Source of the DNA: an uncultured Candidatus Bathyarchaeia archaeon
GTDB lineage: Archaea > Thermoproteota > Bathyarchaeia > Bathyarchaeales > Bathycorpusculaceae
Length of the DNA stretch: 36,482 bases
Direction of reading: 5' to 3'
Assembly: GCA_964354015.1 (NCBI GenBank)
Contig: CAYGYB010000001.1
Coordinates: 1-36,482 of the forward strand
In this document: positions 8,525 through 16,548 of the stretch, one piece after another
How positions within the stretch are numbered: the stretch's first letter is position 1
How the letters are laid out: the number at the start of each line of letters is the position of its first letter
Notes under the pieces: model-generated
The model's input: only the letters and a program-made list of their open reading frames with translations
Told to the model about the DNA's origin: nothing
Databases searched by the model: none
Made by a program: the position numbers and the translations under genes

Positions 8525-9295
8525 CTACCTTTTCCCTAAACTGCAGCCTTCAAATTTTGACCGTTTGCGATAATAGCGTGAGCCAAAAATAACCACAACG
8601 GTCGACACCAAGACCATGGCTCCGAGGGTTAAGCCCTCTGGAATAATCTCATATGAAATTTCACTGAGTCCGTAATCGTTGGGAACATTAGCATTGCTGT
8701 AGGGTGGCCACATTAAGGTTTGCCCTGTGCTTGCATCGTATGCGGCTACTCTATCCCCTGTGCTCTCCCAAGGATTTTCAACGTCGATTTCAACGATCCA
8801 GTGTGGAGTGGCGCTCCAACTCGAGGCGCTTATTTTACTTGCTACTACGACATCGAGATCAGATGATGAAGCCCACCCTGTTCCAGTTCCCACGTAAAGT
8901 TTTGCTGTGCCATGTCCCGTGTAATTTACTAAGTAGTCGTCTGTTTGAGGAGCTGCGCCGCCGTCTAGGCTGCTATCATAACAAATTTGGATGAAGTCTC
9001 CTGTATCGTTAGTGGTGTCACTGATAATTTCGAAAAGCCACTGGTCATACCAAAAATTCGCACCCGCCTCCGCCCATTTTACTCGATAAGTACTATTCGT
9101 CAGTGTCCAGCCATCGTACAGTTTACCTCTCCAAGAATCGTCCCATTCACCGGAACCTATGATTCCGTCAACTGTAACCAACGATCCTGTACCATCGGTT
9201 TGACTGAATCCTGGTTTTGTGGCACTAACGATTCCTGCCAAGCATACACTGCATACAACAATTACACCTAAAACTATCAATATTCCCCTCTTCAT
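8525..9295 (-). CDS. secreted, C-terminally membrane-anchored protein (possible CBM9/DOMON-like domain)
   Basis: It has an N-terminal signal/TM segment (GILIVLGVIVVCSVCLAGIV), a VDGIIGSGEWDD motif, and a C-terminal TM (LTLGAMVLVSTVVVIFG) followed by basic residues. Confidence 0.5.
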   Translation of the reverse strand: MKRGILIVLGVIVVCSVCLAGIVSATKPGFSQTDGTGSLVTVDGIIGSGEWDDSWRGKLYDGWTLTNSTYRVKWAEAGANFWYDQWLFEIISDTTNDTGDFIQICYDSSLDGGAAPQTDDYLVNYTGHGTAKLYVGTGTGWASSSDLDVVVASKISASSWSATPHWIVEIDVENPWESTGDRVAAYDASTGQTLMWPPYSNANVPNDYGLSEISYEIIPEGLTLGAMVLVSTVVVIFGSRYYRKRSKFEGCSLGKR

Positions 9296-9502
9296 TTTGA
9301 CAGTACACTCCTCTTATTGAAAAAGAGATATTGTGGAAATAAGCTTTATGCCCTTTCTAAAAAAAAAGAGCTCTTCTGGATTGCCACACGATTGTTACAA
9401 TAGTTTGTTACATTTTCCCATAAAAAGCCCTACATCCTCGTTTAGCGCGCTAATACTCATTTCACCCAATTTTCTATAGGACAGTAGTTGCTGCAAAGGC
9501 AA

Positions 9503-9532
9503 CGCGGGCGGGGAGGGATTTGAACCCCGGCG
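9503..9532 (-). other. tRNA 3' remnant (T arm plus acceptor 3' strand) with no matching 5' half
   Basis: The minus strand reads CCGGGG-TTCAAAT-CCCTC-CCCGCCC-G, a canonical T loop plus a GC-rich acceptor 3' strand. The upstream sequence cannot form anticodon or D arms. Confidence 0.5.
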
Positions 9533-9537
9533 GCAGT

Positions 9538-9577
9538 GGAGATGTCACCCGCAAATCCTTTTTTTCTTTTTAGCTCG
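9538..9577 (+). repeat. copy 1 of a three-copy ~40-nt intergenic motif
   Basis: GGAGATGTCACCCGCAAATCCTTTTTTTCTTTTTAGCTCG. The 16-nt core GGAGATGTCACCCGCA is identical in all three copies and each is followed by a T-run. Confidence 0.75.
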
Positions 9578-9615
9578 TTAGCTGAGTGGCTATTTAGGAA
9601 CACTTTTAATACAAA

Positions 9616-11688
9616 ATGCCGCACTCTTCATTTGGTGTGCCTGTGAAGAAGAGATTTCCACTGTTTTTGTTTTTGTTAGCCTTAGCTATTTGCGGATTTT
9701 ATTTTGGTGGGAGTTTGCTTTTTGGCATCGCCGATGCGGAGACGAATGTCGTGGGCATATTGACTTCTGACACGACTTGGACCAAAGCGAACAGCCCATA
9801 TATCCTAACAGGACCAGTGGCTGTAAACACTGGAGTTACTCTAGCAATTGAACCTGGGGTATCGGTTAACCTGAACAACTTTTACATTCAGGTAAACGGC
9901 ACGTTAATCGCAAATGGCACCAGCAATGACCAAATCACTTTCAAATGGGGACAACTCATATTCACATCTGTCAGTAACGGTTGGAACGAGACAACAGGCT
10001 CAGGCTGCATAATCGAAAACGCAGTCCTCTATTACACTGACCTATCCAGCAGCAATCCCCTAAAAATAAGCAACAGCACCAGCCACAAACCAATTACTGC
10101 TGGCAACTCGTCCGTAATTTCCTTCAACAATATTACTGGAGGCGAAGGTATCTGGGTCATTGCGGGAGAAGCAAGTGTAATTGCAAACAACATGATAGAA
10201 GGTTCTATTGAATGCTCGGGGCATTCAGTCACAGTTACTAACAACACCGTTATAGGTCCATATGGTGAGAATGATGTCGCAATCCGCGAAGTCCGTGTGG
10301 GTGATGGAAGTGTAATTTCAAACAACAACATGACTGGTTTTTTATATTTTGGAAGCTCAACCGTTTCCCACAATATTCTCAAGGGTTTAGTCGATATCTC
10401 GAGCTTAGTCGATGTCTCGGGCTCCACATTCTCCTATAACACTGTTAATGGCACTATAAGTTTACGAGGCGACGCCACGATAGTACACAACACTATTTAT
10501 GGCTTAATCGAAATTAAAGCATATATCCAGAATATTTTGCCCATAGTTTCATACAATATAATTAACGGAAGAGGAAGCACAAACGCGATTTTTATGGAAA
10601 CTGGTCGCGGGCTTTCTATTAACGCCACAATATCTGACAACAATATCTCTGAAGCTACGACAGCGATTTATGCATCTAATTCTGTCATAGCAACAATTGA
10701 GAGTAACACCATCACATCCTGTGGCAATGGCATATCACTTGCAACTTATTTTACTCCGAAGGTAGTAAACAATACTATTGCTTTTAACAACATAGGAATC
10801 AGAGTGGGAGACACATCAACGATATTAAACAATACCATTGCTTTTAACAACATAGGAATCAGGGTGGATAAATCTCCGCAGGATATCTCTTATAATAATT
10901 TTCAAAATAATTCAGGATACAACATCTACCTAGGCGTGGCAGACAACGTAGATGTTAGTAACAATTGGTGGGGAACCACCGACACGCAAGCAATAAACCA
11001 GTCAATATGGGATTTTCACTATGACTTTAATTTGGGCACGGTTAACTTTATCCCGTTTTTGACTGGCCCCAATTCTGCAGCGCCAACAATTCCCACGTTT
11101 AATCTTCTAGCGTCCGCTGGAACTGGGGGTTCCATAAATCCAAGCGGAAGCATCAGCGTACCCTACGGAGGCAACCAAACTTTTGCCATAACAGCAGACA
11201 CAGGCTATAACATAGCTGATGTTTTAGTAGATGGGAGTCCAGTTGGAGCTGTCAGCTCATACACATTTACCAATGTCCAAGATGAACACACAATCTCCGC
11301 AACATTTGCACCAATACCCACTCCAACTCCTTCGCCTTCACCAAGCCCAACGCCTACGCCTAGCCCTACTCCAACACCTACTCCTGAGCCTACGGCATCT
11401 CCATCACCTACGCCCAGCCCAACTCCTTCCCCAACCGCAACACCCACTCCAACGCCTACACCAACACCAACTCCCACACCGACGCCCCAACCAGCCTCAA
11501 CGCCCACCCCTACAGCAACGCCCACCCCCACACCGACGCCCACCCCAACTCTAACCCCAACGCCTACGCCAACTACCACACAAGAACCAGGAGTTCCAAT
11601 AAGTTATGTTTACGTAATTGTCGGGGTCTCGGTTGCCGTAATCGCTACTTTAGCTTTTCTACTGTTAAGAAAACAGAAGACAACATGA
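9616..11688 (+). CDS. surface protein with parallel beta-helix (NosD/PbH1-like) repeats, Pro/Thr/Ser linker and C-terminal TM anchor
   Basis: It has an N-terminal signal/TM and many NNxI/SxNxI beta-helix repeat units (e.g. [13 protein letters not shown] twice). The motif NNWWGTTD is typical of NosD-like domains. A PT/PS linker of about 90 aa precedes the anchor [24 protein letters not shown]. Confidence 0.75.
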   Translation: MPHSSFGVPVKKRFPLFLFLLALAICGFYFGGSLLFGIADAETNVVGILTSDTTWTKANSPYILTGPVAVNTGVTLAIEPGVSVNLNNFYIQVNGTLIANGTSNDQITFKWGQLIFTSVSNGWNETTGSGCIIENAVLYYTDLSSSNPLKISNSTSHKPITAGNSSVISFNNITGGEGIWVIAGEASVIANNMIEGSIECSGHSVTVTNNTVIGPYGENDVAIREVRVGDGSVISNNNMTGFLYFGSSTVSHNILKGLVDISSLVDVSGSTFSYNTVNGTISLRGDATIVHNTIYGLIEIKAYIQNILPIVSYNIINGRGSTNAIFMETGRGLSINATISDNNISEATTAIYASNSVIATIESNTITSCGNGISLATYFTPKVVNNTIAFNNIGIRVGDTSTILNNTIAFNNIGIRVDKSPQDISYNNFQNNSGYNIYLGVADNVDVSNNWWGTTDTQAINQSIWDFHYDFNLGTVNFIPFLTGPNSAAPTIPTFNLLASAGTGGSINPSGSISVPYGGNQTFAITADTGYNIADVLVDGSPVGAVSSYTFTNVQDEHTISATFAPIPTPTPSPSPSPTPTPSPTPTPTPEPTASPSPTPSPTPSPTATPTPTPTPTPTPTPTPQPASTPTPTATPTPTPTPTPTLTPTPTPTTTQEPGVPISYVYVIVGVSVAVIATLAFLLLRKQKTT
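10768..10868 (+). repeat. tandem duplication with 60-bp period inside the beta-helix gene
   Basis: AACAATACTATTGCTTTTAACAACATAGGAATCAGAGTGGG (10768-10808) recurs at 10828-10868 with 2 mismatches. Confidence 0.85.
11312..11580 (+). repeat. low-complexity CCNACN/CCNTCN repeat encoding the (PT/PS)n linker
   Basis: The run reads [26 protein letters not shown]...[16 protein letters not shown]. It also creates spurious ORFs in other frames and on the other strand. Confidence 0.85.
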
Positions 11689-11704
11689 AAACTCGCAGTC
11701 AGGC

Positions 11705-11745
11705 GGAGATGTCACCCGCAAACCCTCCTTTTTTCTTTAAGCTGG
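11705..11745 (+). repeat. copy 2 of the three-copy intergenic motif
   Basis: GGAGATGTCACCCGCAAACCCTCCTTTTTTCTTTAAGCTGG. It begins 17 nt after the stop of the 9616-11688 gene. Confidence 0.75.
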
Positions 11746-11778
11746 CTTGTGCATGAGCCTAATGTCGGTTACCCTACG

Positions 11779-12162
11779 TTATCTGTTAAATGTTGGCTGG
11801 AGTATTCCAATTGCAAAGCTTTCGAAGAATCCCCTTGCTCTTGGGTCTGTAATTTTCAAACATCTTACCAAGTAGCCGTCAATTCTCTGAGGGTAGGTGG
11901 GGAACCGTTTCACGATGACGTTTAGGTCAGAGCTAGCATCCATATGCTTGTGGTCGTAAAGCCGACCAACAACGTGTTTTCTAATAGTTTTTCCCACATA
12001 AACTACCTCTCCGTCACCTGGAGTGCTGATAGCGTAGACTCCTTCAACCTCAAACCTTGAAGGCTTTGTAGCAAGTATGTTGCTCAAAGGAATTGGCTCA
12101 CTTGCTAACATGTCAGTTAGCATTCCATGTAACTCAGATATTCTTACGTTGTATTGTTCCAA
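11779..12162 (-). CDS. GIY-YIG domain nuclease (small, stand-alone)
   Basis: GVYAISTPGDGEVVYVGKT fits GIY-x10-YIG. Downstream are R (VGRLYDH), a conserved Glu and Asn (FFESFAIGILQPTFNR). Confidence 0.6.
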   Translation of the reverse strand: MEQYNVRISELHGMLTDMLASEPIPLSNILATKPSRFEVEGVYAISTPGDGEVVYVGKTIRKHVVGRLYDHKHMDASSDLNVIVKRFPTYPQRIDGYLVRCLKITDPRARGFFESFAIGILQPTFNR

Positions 12163-12232
12163 TTAATGACCCCATGATACTATTTTGCTTTTCATTAATA
12201 GATTTTTAACGCGCCCTCTACTCTAAAAAAGT

Positions 12233-12266
12233 GGAGATGTCACCCGCACAATCTCCCCTTTTTTAT
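12233..12266 (+). repeat. copy 3 of the three-copy intergenic motif
   Basis: GGAGATGTCACCCGCACAATCTCCCCTTTTTTAT. In this copy GGAGAT/ATCTCC can form a 6-bp hairpin. It lies between the polB-like stop and the GIY-YIG start. Confidence 0.75.
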
Positions 12267-12284
12267 TATTGTTTCCAGAGAAAA

Positions 12285-14582
12285 TCAATATTCGGTGAGA
12301 CTCTTGTGAACATATCTTCTAACTGAGTCATAGATTGATTTGGTCGTGTATCCAGCAAAACTCAGGAGGTTTGCCGCGGAAGCGTACAGTAAAAACAGGT
12401 ATTTCTTTGTGTCGGCGTTTACGCCTTTTTCTATTAATAGTTCTGCCTTGACTCTTCGTTCGTACCGCTTATTTTCAGAATTTGTGAATAGGAATCTGAT
12501 GTTTTTGCCCGCGTGGACTTCTGCCCCTTCTTTAATTAACTGTTCAGCGGCAATGACTTGGCTGACGTGTTGCTTGTATCGTTTCGGATTTTTTGAGAGG
12601 TGTTTTGTGATTATAAGATCCCAAATGGGTACTTCGCCATCTAGTAGCTTGCGTCTGTATTCCTTCATGATTCCCAAAGCTTCAGGTATTTTTTCGTGCA
12701 ATTCGGTGGAGTTGTTTGCAGAGGCTAATTTCTTTATCATTTCTGTTTGGGCCTCAAATACGAAGCGGGGTGTGTCCCTTCGTCGGATTTCTAGACCTCG
12801 GACTTTGATTTTGCCGTTTTCCATTACGCCGTAGTAACGGTTCAAGACACCGATTCTCGGATGTATTTTGGAGGGTAAAAACACGATCCACTTGTAGCGG
12901 CCTTCAAAGTTTATGGGTACTCCAACTTGTTTGCTTATTGTTTCACACAAAGCGTTGTACTCTTCGACTGTAGCACCTTGCTTTTTTAGCCACAGCGAGT
13001 CAACGATGCCGTGAACCACCTCGAAACCATGCTTTTCCGCTGTGTGCGCTGCTTTCAAGAGTGCTTCTCTTCCGAAGGCGCATACTCCCATGTGACCGTC
13101 AACTGTGCCGAACTTGGCGTTTCTGTAGCCTAAGTAGCCGAAGCAAGTGACTAGAATCCATTTTAAGGCGATTTGGCGCTTGTCATAGATGTTTCTAAGT
13201 TGCTGGTTTTCAGCTTCGTTTTTCATGCGCTTGTAGAATAGGCGTTTGTCAACTACTAATCTGAGGGTTTTGGGTACTATGCCCGTTCGTTTTGTGCAGA
13301 TGTGATAGTTGAGCTCTGGAATGCGCAGGGGTGAGTCTGCGCAGCATTTGCAGAGGACAGTTTCCGCTGAAATGTTGTTGTTAGCCATCAGTATGGGATA
13401 CATAGAGGAAAAGTCTACTTCGCCAACATGGTCATGTGCGCCTACTCGCGGTTCAAAGATGAATCCTCCGCGGTCGCCTACAAGCAGCTCGTATGCGGTT
13501 TTGAAGGCTTCAGGTATGCTCTTGTTTCTCGGGATTAGCACATCGTCTTTTATGGCTTGATAGAACTGGAGCGAGGACATGCTTGAGCCTATGGATGACC
13601 GTGCAGCCGTGTGCAAAGGTACTCTGCATGTGCGGGCTATCTCGATTAAACCGTCGAATCCTGCTTCAGACAGGATAAACGTGTTGTTTTGGTCAACATG
13701 GATTCTCCCGTAAAGTCGGATGGCGCCAGCTCTGTAGAATGTGCGCCCGTACGAGAAGAATGTTCTGCCTGTAGGCGTTTTCGGAGCAAATGGAATATTG
13801 TCTCTGCTGAGGATTAGTTCGTCAAGAACATTGTTCAGGGTTGCTCTTTGAATAAGATAAGGGAAAAGGTATGAGTCGCCGCCTTGGGTTATAATGATGT
13901 CAGGGTCAAGCTCTTTGACGGCTTTGACGAGTTGGAGTAGTTTATCTGTTTCATCACCAGAATCACTGCATATTTCCTTCTGGTCTTGAGTTGCGTTAAT
14001 TGTGCTTATGGGATCTTTGAAGTTGGCGATTTTTCCTTTTTTGGCGATTTCCACTTTAAGCGTCATAACCTGCAGTTTTGGAATCGCGTAGTCTGTGCTG
14101 GCTACTGAGTCAAGAAGCGTGTAGTTTAGCCCTGTCTCTTCGGTCTTGATTTCTACCAGCGCGAGTGGAAATATGTCGTGGCTGAAGAAGTAGACGCGGT
14201 CTCCGTTTAAGTCGCAGTTGTGGACTTCATAGCGCAAGTAATCACCCATTTTCAAGATGCTGCGAGTGAGCGACCGCGTTTTTCTGCAATCCTTCAGCAT
14301 AAGCTCTAAAACTCTGGATTTCTCAGTGTCTGTTGGCTGCGCGTACTTGTAGGCAAAGCTCCAAGAAGCTATTGCTTGGTTCTTGTATAGTCGGCTGACT
14401 AAGCGTTCCAGTTCGTCTTGTTTGGCTGAAACGTAGATTTTGGGTTGGAACTTGTCTGTGAGTTTGATGCGTTCGCCTGTTTCGCTGATTATCCAGACGG
14501 CTATTTCGCCTTCGCCTGCGGGGTAAGCGTCAAGTATCCAGCCTTTAACATGGTCAGGTGCTGCCTGTGTGTTTGTTTGCAT
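12285..14582 (-). CDS. family B DNA polymerase, PolB2-like divergent paralog (exonuclease motifs lost, altered motif C)
   Basis: Pol motif A is present (EVDFSSMYPILM). Motif B is degenerate (KWILVTCFGYLGY versus K-x3-NS-x-YG). Motif C is VVHGIVDSLW instead of Y-G-DTDS. Exo I is TLKVEI instead of FDIET. Exo II is GGDSYLFPYLIQR, with N and FD lost. Confidence 0.8.
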   Translation of the reverse strand: MQTNTQAAPDHVKGWILDAYPAGEGEIAVWIISETGERIKLTDKFQPKIYVSAKQDELERLVSRLYKNQAIASWSFAYKYAQPTDTEKSRVLELMLKDCRKTRSLTRSILKMGDYLRYEVHNCDLNGDRVYFFSHDIFPLALVEIKTEETGLNYTLLDSVASTDYAIPKLQVMTLKVEIAKKGKIANFKDPISTINATQDQKEICSDSGDETDKLLQLVKAVKELDPDIIITQGGDSYLFPYLIQRATLNNVLDELILSRDNIPFAPKTPTGRTFFSYGRTFYRAGAIRLYGRIHVDQNNTFILSEAGFDGLIEIARTCRVPLHTAARSSIGSSMSSLQFYQAIKDDVLIPRNKSIPEAFKTAYELLVGDRGGFIFEPRVGAHDHVGEVDFSSMYPILMANNNISAETVLCKCCADSPLRIPELNYHICTKRTGIVPKTLRLVVDKRLFYKRMKNEAENQQLRNIYDKRQIALKWILVTCFGYLGYRNAKFGTVDGHMGVCAFGREALLKAAHTAEKHGFEVVHGIVDSLWLKKQGATVEEYNALCETISKQVGVPINFEGRYKWIVFLPSKIHPRIGVLNRYYGVMENGKIKVRGLEIRRRDTPRFVFEAQTEMIKKLASANNSTELHEKIPEALGIMKEYRRKLLDGEVPIWDLIITKHLSKNPKRYKQHVSQVIAAEQLIKEGAEVHAGKNIRFLFTNSENKRYERRVKAELLIEKGVNADTKKYLFLLYASAANLLSFAGYTTKSIYDSVRRYVHKSLTEY

Positions 14583-14820
14583 CTAATTCCTTCTGTAGCT
14601 TCTGGAGGCGTATCTGCTGTGAGAGTAGCATGGACATTATCATGGGTTCGAAGAGTATGGGTTGAACAGCATTGCTTCCTGCTGACGCGTAGCTTCGGCA
14701 AGCATCCATCAGCGTTTCGAAGGCTTCTTTGTCTTCGCTGCGTAAGGCTTTGGCGAATCCGTTCCATCTTCGGATTTCGTCTTCTAATGCCATGCGGTAG
14801 GTTTCAACGGTTTTGCCCAT
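14554..14820 (-). CDS. hypothetical 88-aa protein, translationally coupled between the RadA-like and PolB-like genes
   Basis: The ATG lies 4 nt after the upstream stop and the 3' end overlaps the polB-like start by 29 nt. It is predicted helical and I recognise no family. Confidence 0.45.
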   Translation of the reverse strand: MGKTVETYRMALEDEIRRWNGFAKALRSEDKEAFETLMDACRSYASAGSNAVQPILFEPMIMSMLLSQQIRLQKLQKELDANKHTGST

Positions 14821-14824
14821 CTGG

Positions 14825-15544
14825 CTACGTCTCCATGAATGCTGTTAACGGAAGAGTTTCAGAAGGCAATTCAGCAGAGCCCAATGTGAAGATAGGGTGC
14901 TTTTCTAAAATTATTTCTCGCTCGTATTTTGTTTGTTTCAGGGCTATGACTACGTTTGCTCTTCCTGAGGTTAATGCTTGAAGGTAGAGGTTGCGTTGGT
15001 TGTCTGTGTGTGGCGGGTAAGTGGCGACTACTATGACTTGGTGTTCTCGGGCGAAGTTTGATAGGCGAGTGGTGATTTGGCTGTAAATGCGCTTGGCTTC
15101 TTCGTCTTCAACGTCTTTGTCTAGGAACATGGCGGCTATGTCTGAGACTATTACGAGTTTCGCGTTGTATGTTTTGACGGCGTCTTCGAGTTTCTGCAAT
15201 ATCAACGAAGCCATTTGGTAGGCTGTGAATGCTCTGGAAATGTAAATGCGGTCTAGCGCTTGTTTTGGGTCTAGTTGGTGAAGTCGGGCTAAGCGTGTTA
15301 TTTGGTATAGTCTGAAAGTGTTTGCTCCGTCGATGAAGACTACGTTGCTTCCTAAGCCGCCGAGTTGAGGTGGTAACTGTGCTCTTATACAGAGTAGTGA
15401 TGAGAGGGATAGGACGGCGTGTGAGCCGTAGATTAGGGCGAAGTCGCCTGTCGCGAAGCCTGGAAAGAGCTGGTTTATGTTTCGCATGTTTGATGAGAGC
15501 AGAGTTTGAGAGGGAATAGGCTTAACTAACGTGTTTTGAGACAA
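14825..15544 (-). CDS. RadA/RadB (RecA-fold) paralog lacking the Walker A lysine
   Basis: The layout matches RadB: LFPGFATGDFALIYG then SHAVLSLSSLL where G-x-G-K-T is expected. This is followed by VVFIDGANTFR, DRIYISRAF and the Walker-B-like strand KLVIVSDI. Confidence 0.6.
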   Translation of the reverse strand: MSQNTLVKPIPSQTLLSSNMRNINQLFPGFATGDFALIYGSHAVLSLSSLLCIRAQLPPQLGGLGSNVVFIDGANTFRLYQITRLARLHQLDPKQALDRIYISRAFTAYQMASLILQKLEDAVKTYNAKLVIVSDIAAMFLDKDVEDEEAKRIYSQITTRLSNFAREHQVIVVATYPPHTDNQRNLYLQALTSGRANVVIALKQTKYEREIILEKHPIFTLGSAELPSETLPLTAFMET

Positions 15545-15660
15545 TTTCTCCCACTTCTCCCAATTTATTGAGGGATTAATAGAGTGCCGTTTTAGCTGTT
15601 TTAAAGCTGTTTCTGGAACGACTTTCCAGCGCAGGTGGGAGAGTACAGTAAAAGTGAAGT

Positions 15661-15765
15661 GTTGGGATTAAATTTTAATCCAACCAACCAACCAACCCAA
15701 CGACTGATACTGGGAAAAGACAGGACAGAGCAGGACAGTATACAGGATTCAGGGCATACAGGCTA
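15661..15765. repeat. intergenic repeat cluster: perfect palindrome, (CAAC)n microsatellite and reiterated CAGGACAG motifs
   Basis: GGATTAAA-T-TTTAATCC lies at 15665-15681 and CCAACCAACCAACCAACCCAAC at 15680-15701. The stretch GACAGGACAGAGCAGGACAGTATACAGGATTCAGGGCATACAGG lies at 15720-15763. Confidence 0.7.
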
Positions 15766-15855
15766 TGAATGAAGATGAGAAGACAGGGTAGTAGTAAAAA
15801 TCAAGTCATGCCTATTGATGGTGGTTTGAATCATGAATTGGGTGTCCTCAGTAGC

Positions 15856-16479
15856 TCAAGGGATAGCTGTTCCCATCGCAATAGTCTTTAGCTGAGCCAC
15901 AGCTTTCTTGAGTAAATCCACATCAACTGTTGGCGTTCTATTAACATATTGTCCGTCCATTGTAAAATCTGAGTAAAAAACCGCTTGTCTTGTCTCGCAA
16001 TCTGCAATCTCATCTGTATCAAATGCCTGCGGGTCAAAGGCAGACCTATCGAATGCGCCTTCATGGAGAGTAATGCATTCTTTTGGAAGTGTCTGTATTG
16101 CTTTTTCAAACTTAGCAGTATGGCTTCGGAAGCCGTTTTTGTATTGTATCCTGACCATTCCAGATGTAGGAGTACAGTCTTTTAACAACAGAAGCTTTCC
16201 ATATTCCTCTACAGCGAACATGTAAAGTCCCGAACAAATTGAAGCATCCCCACCATTATTCAGAAGTTTCTCCACTGAATCTATCAGGGCATTTACTCCG
16301 TTAAGTGTCTCCTGCATCATTGTTCTCCATAAGGCTTCGCTGATTTCTAACTCTTCTTTCCATTTACCTCTTGCATCCTTAAGCATTCTTAAACCCTCAC
16401 ACTTTGTACTCACAATCGGGGTAATACCCACAGCTTCTGCACTTCCGAACATTGTTATGCTGGTCTGGCTCAATGACAC
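15856..16479 (-). CDS. AbiV-like (abortive infection family) protein, tentative
   Basis: NALIDSVEKLLNNGGDASICSGLYMFAVEEYGKLLLL, then RSHTAKF and RQAVFYSDF, resemble the AbiV pattern of helix-EE-x-GK, H-x-x-K and R-x-x-x-Y-x-D. This call is from memory of the family only. Confidence 0.4.
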   Translation of the reverse strand: MSLSQTSITMFGSAEAVGITPIVSTKCEGLRMLKDARGKWKEELEISEALWRTMMQETLNGVNALIDSVEKLLNNGGDASICSGLYMFAVEEYGKLLLLKDCTPTSGMVRIQYKNGFRSHTAKFEKAIQTLPKECITLHEGAFDRSAFDPQAFDTDEIADCETRQAVFYSDFTMDGQYVNRTPTVDVDLLKKAVAQLKTIAMGTAIP

Positions 16480-16548
16480 CCAAACTAATCAATGCGAACT
16501 TGCTTAACTTGTCATTGCGACTGCGGCTTTTCTAAAAAGCACGGTATT

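Noticed and set aside
9581-9603. The plus-strand sequence GCTCGTTAGCTGAGTGGCTA looks like a tRNA acceptor/D-loop 5' end.
   Set aside because: There is no complementary D-stem 3' strand, anticodon arm or T arm downstream, and it runs into the 9616 start codon. This is probably chance resemblance.
11205-11579. ORFs 11205-11579(-) (a GV-repeat protein) and 11231-11554(+) overlap the end of the beta-helix gene.
   Set aside because: They are artefacts of the CCN-ACN repeat, which is open in several frames. The PT/PS frame is continuous with a well-supported 690-aa protein that ends in a TM anchor.
9538-12266. The three-copy motif considered as a CRISPR array.
   Set aside because: The copies are 2.2 kb and 0.5 kb apart, and protein-coding genes lie between them. 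There is no regular repeat-spacer periodicity anywhere in the window.
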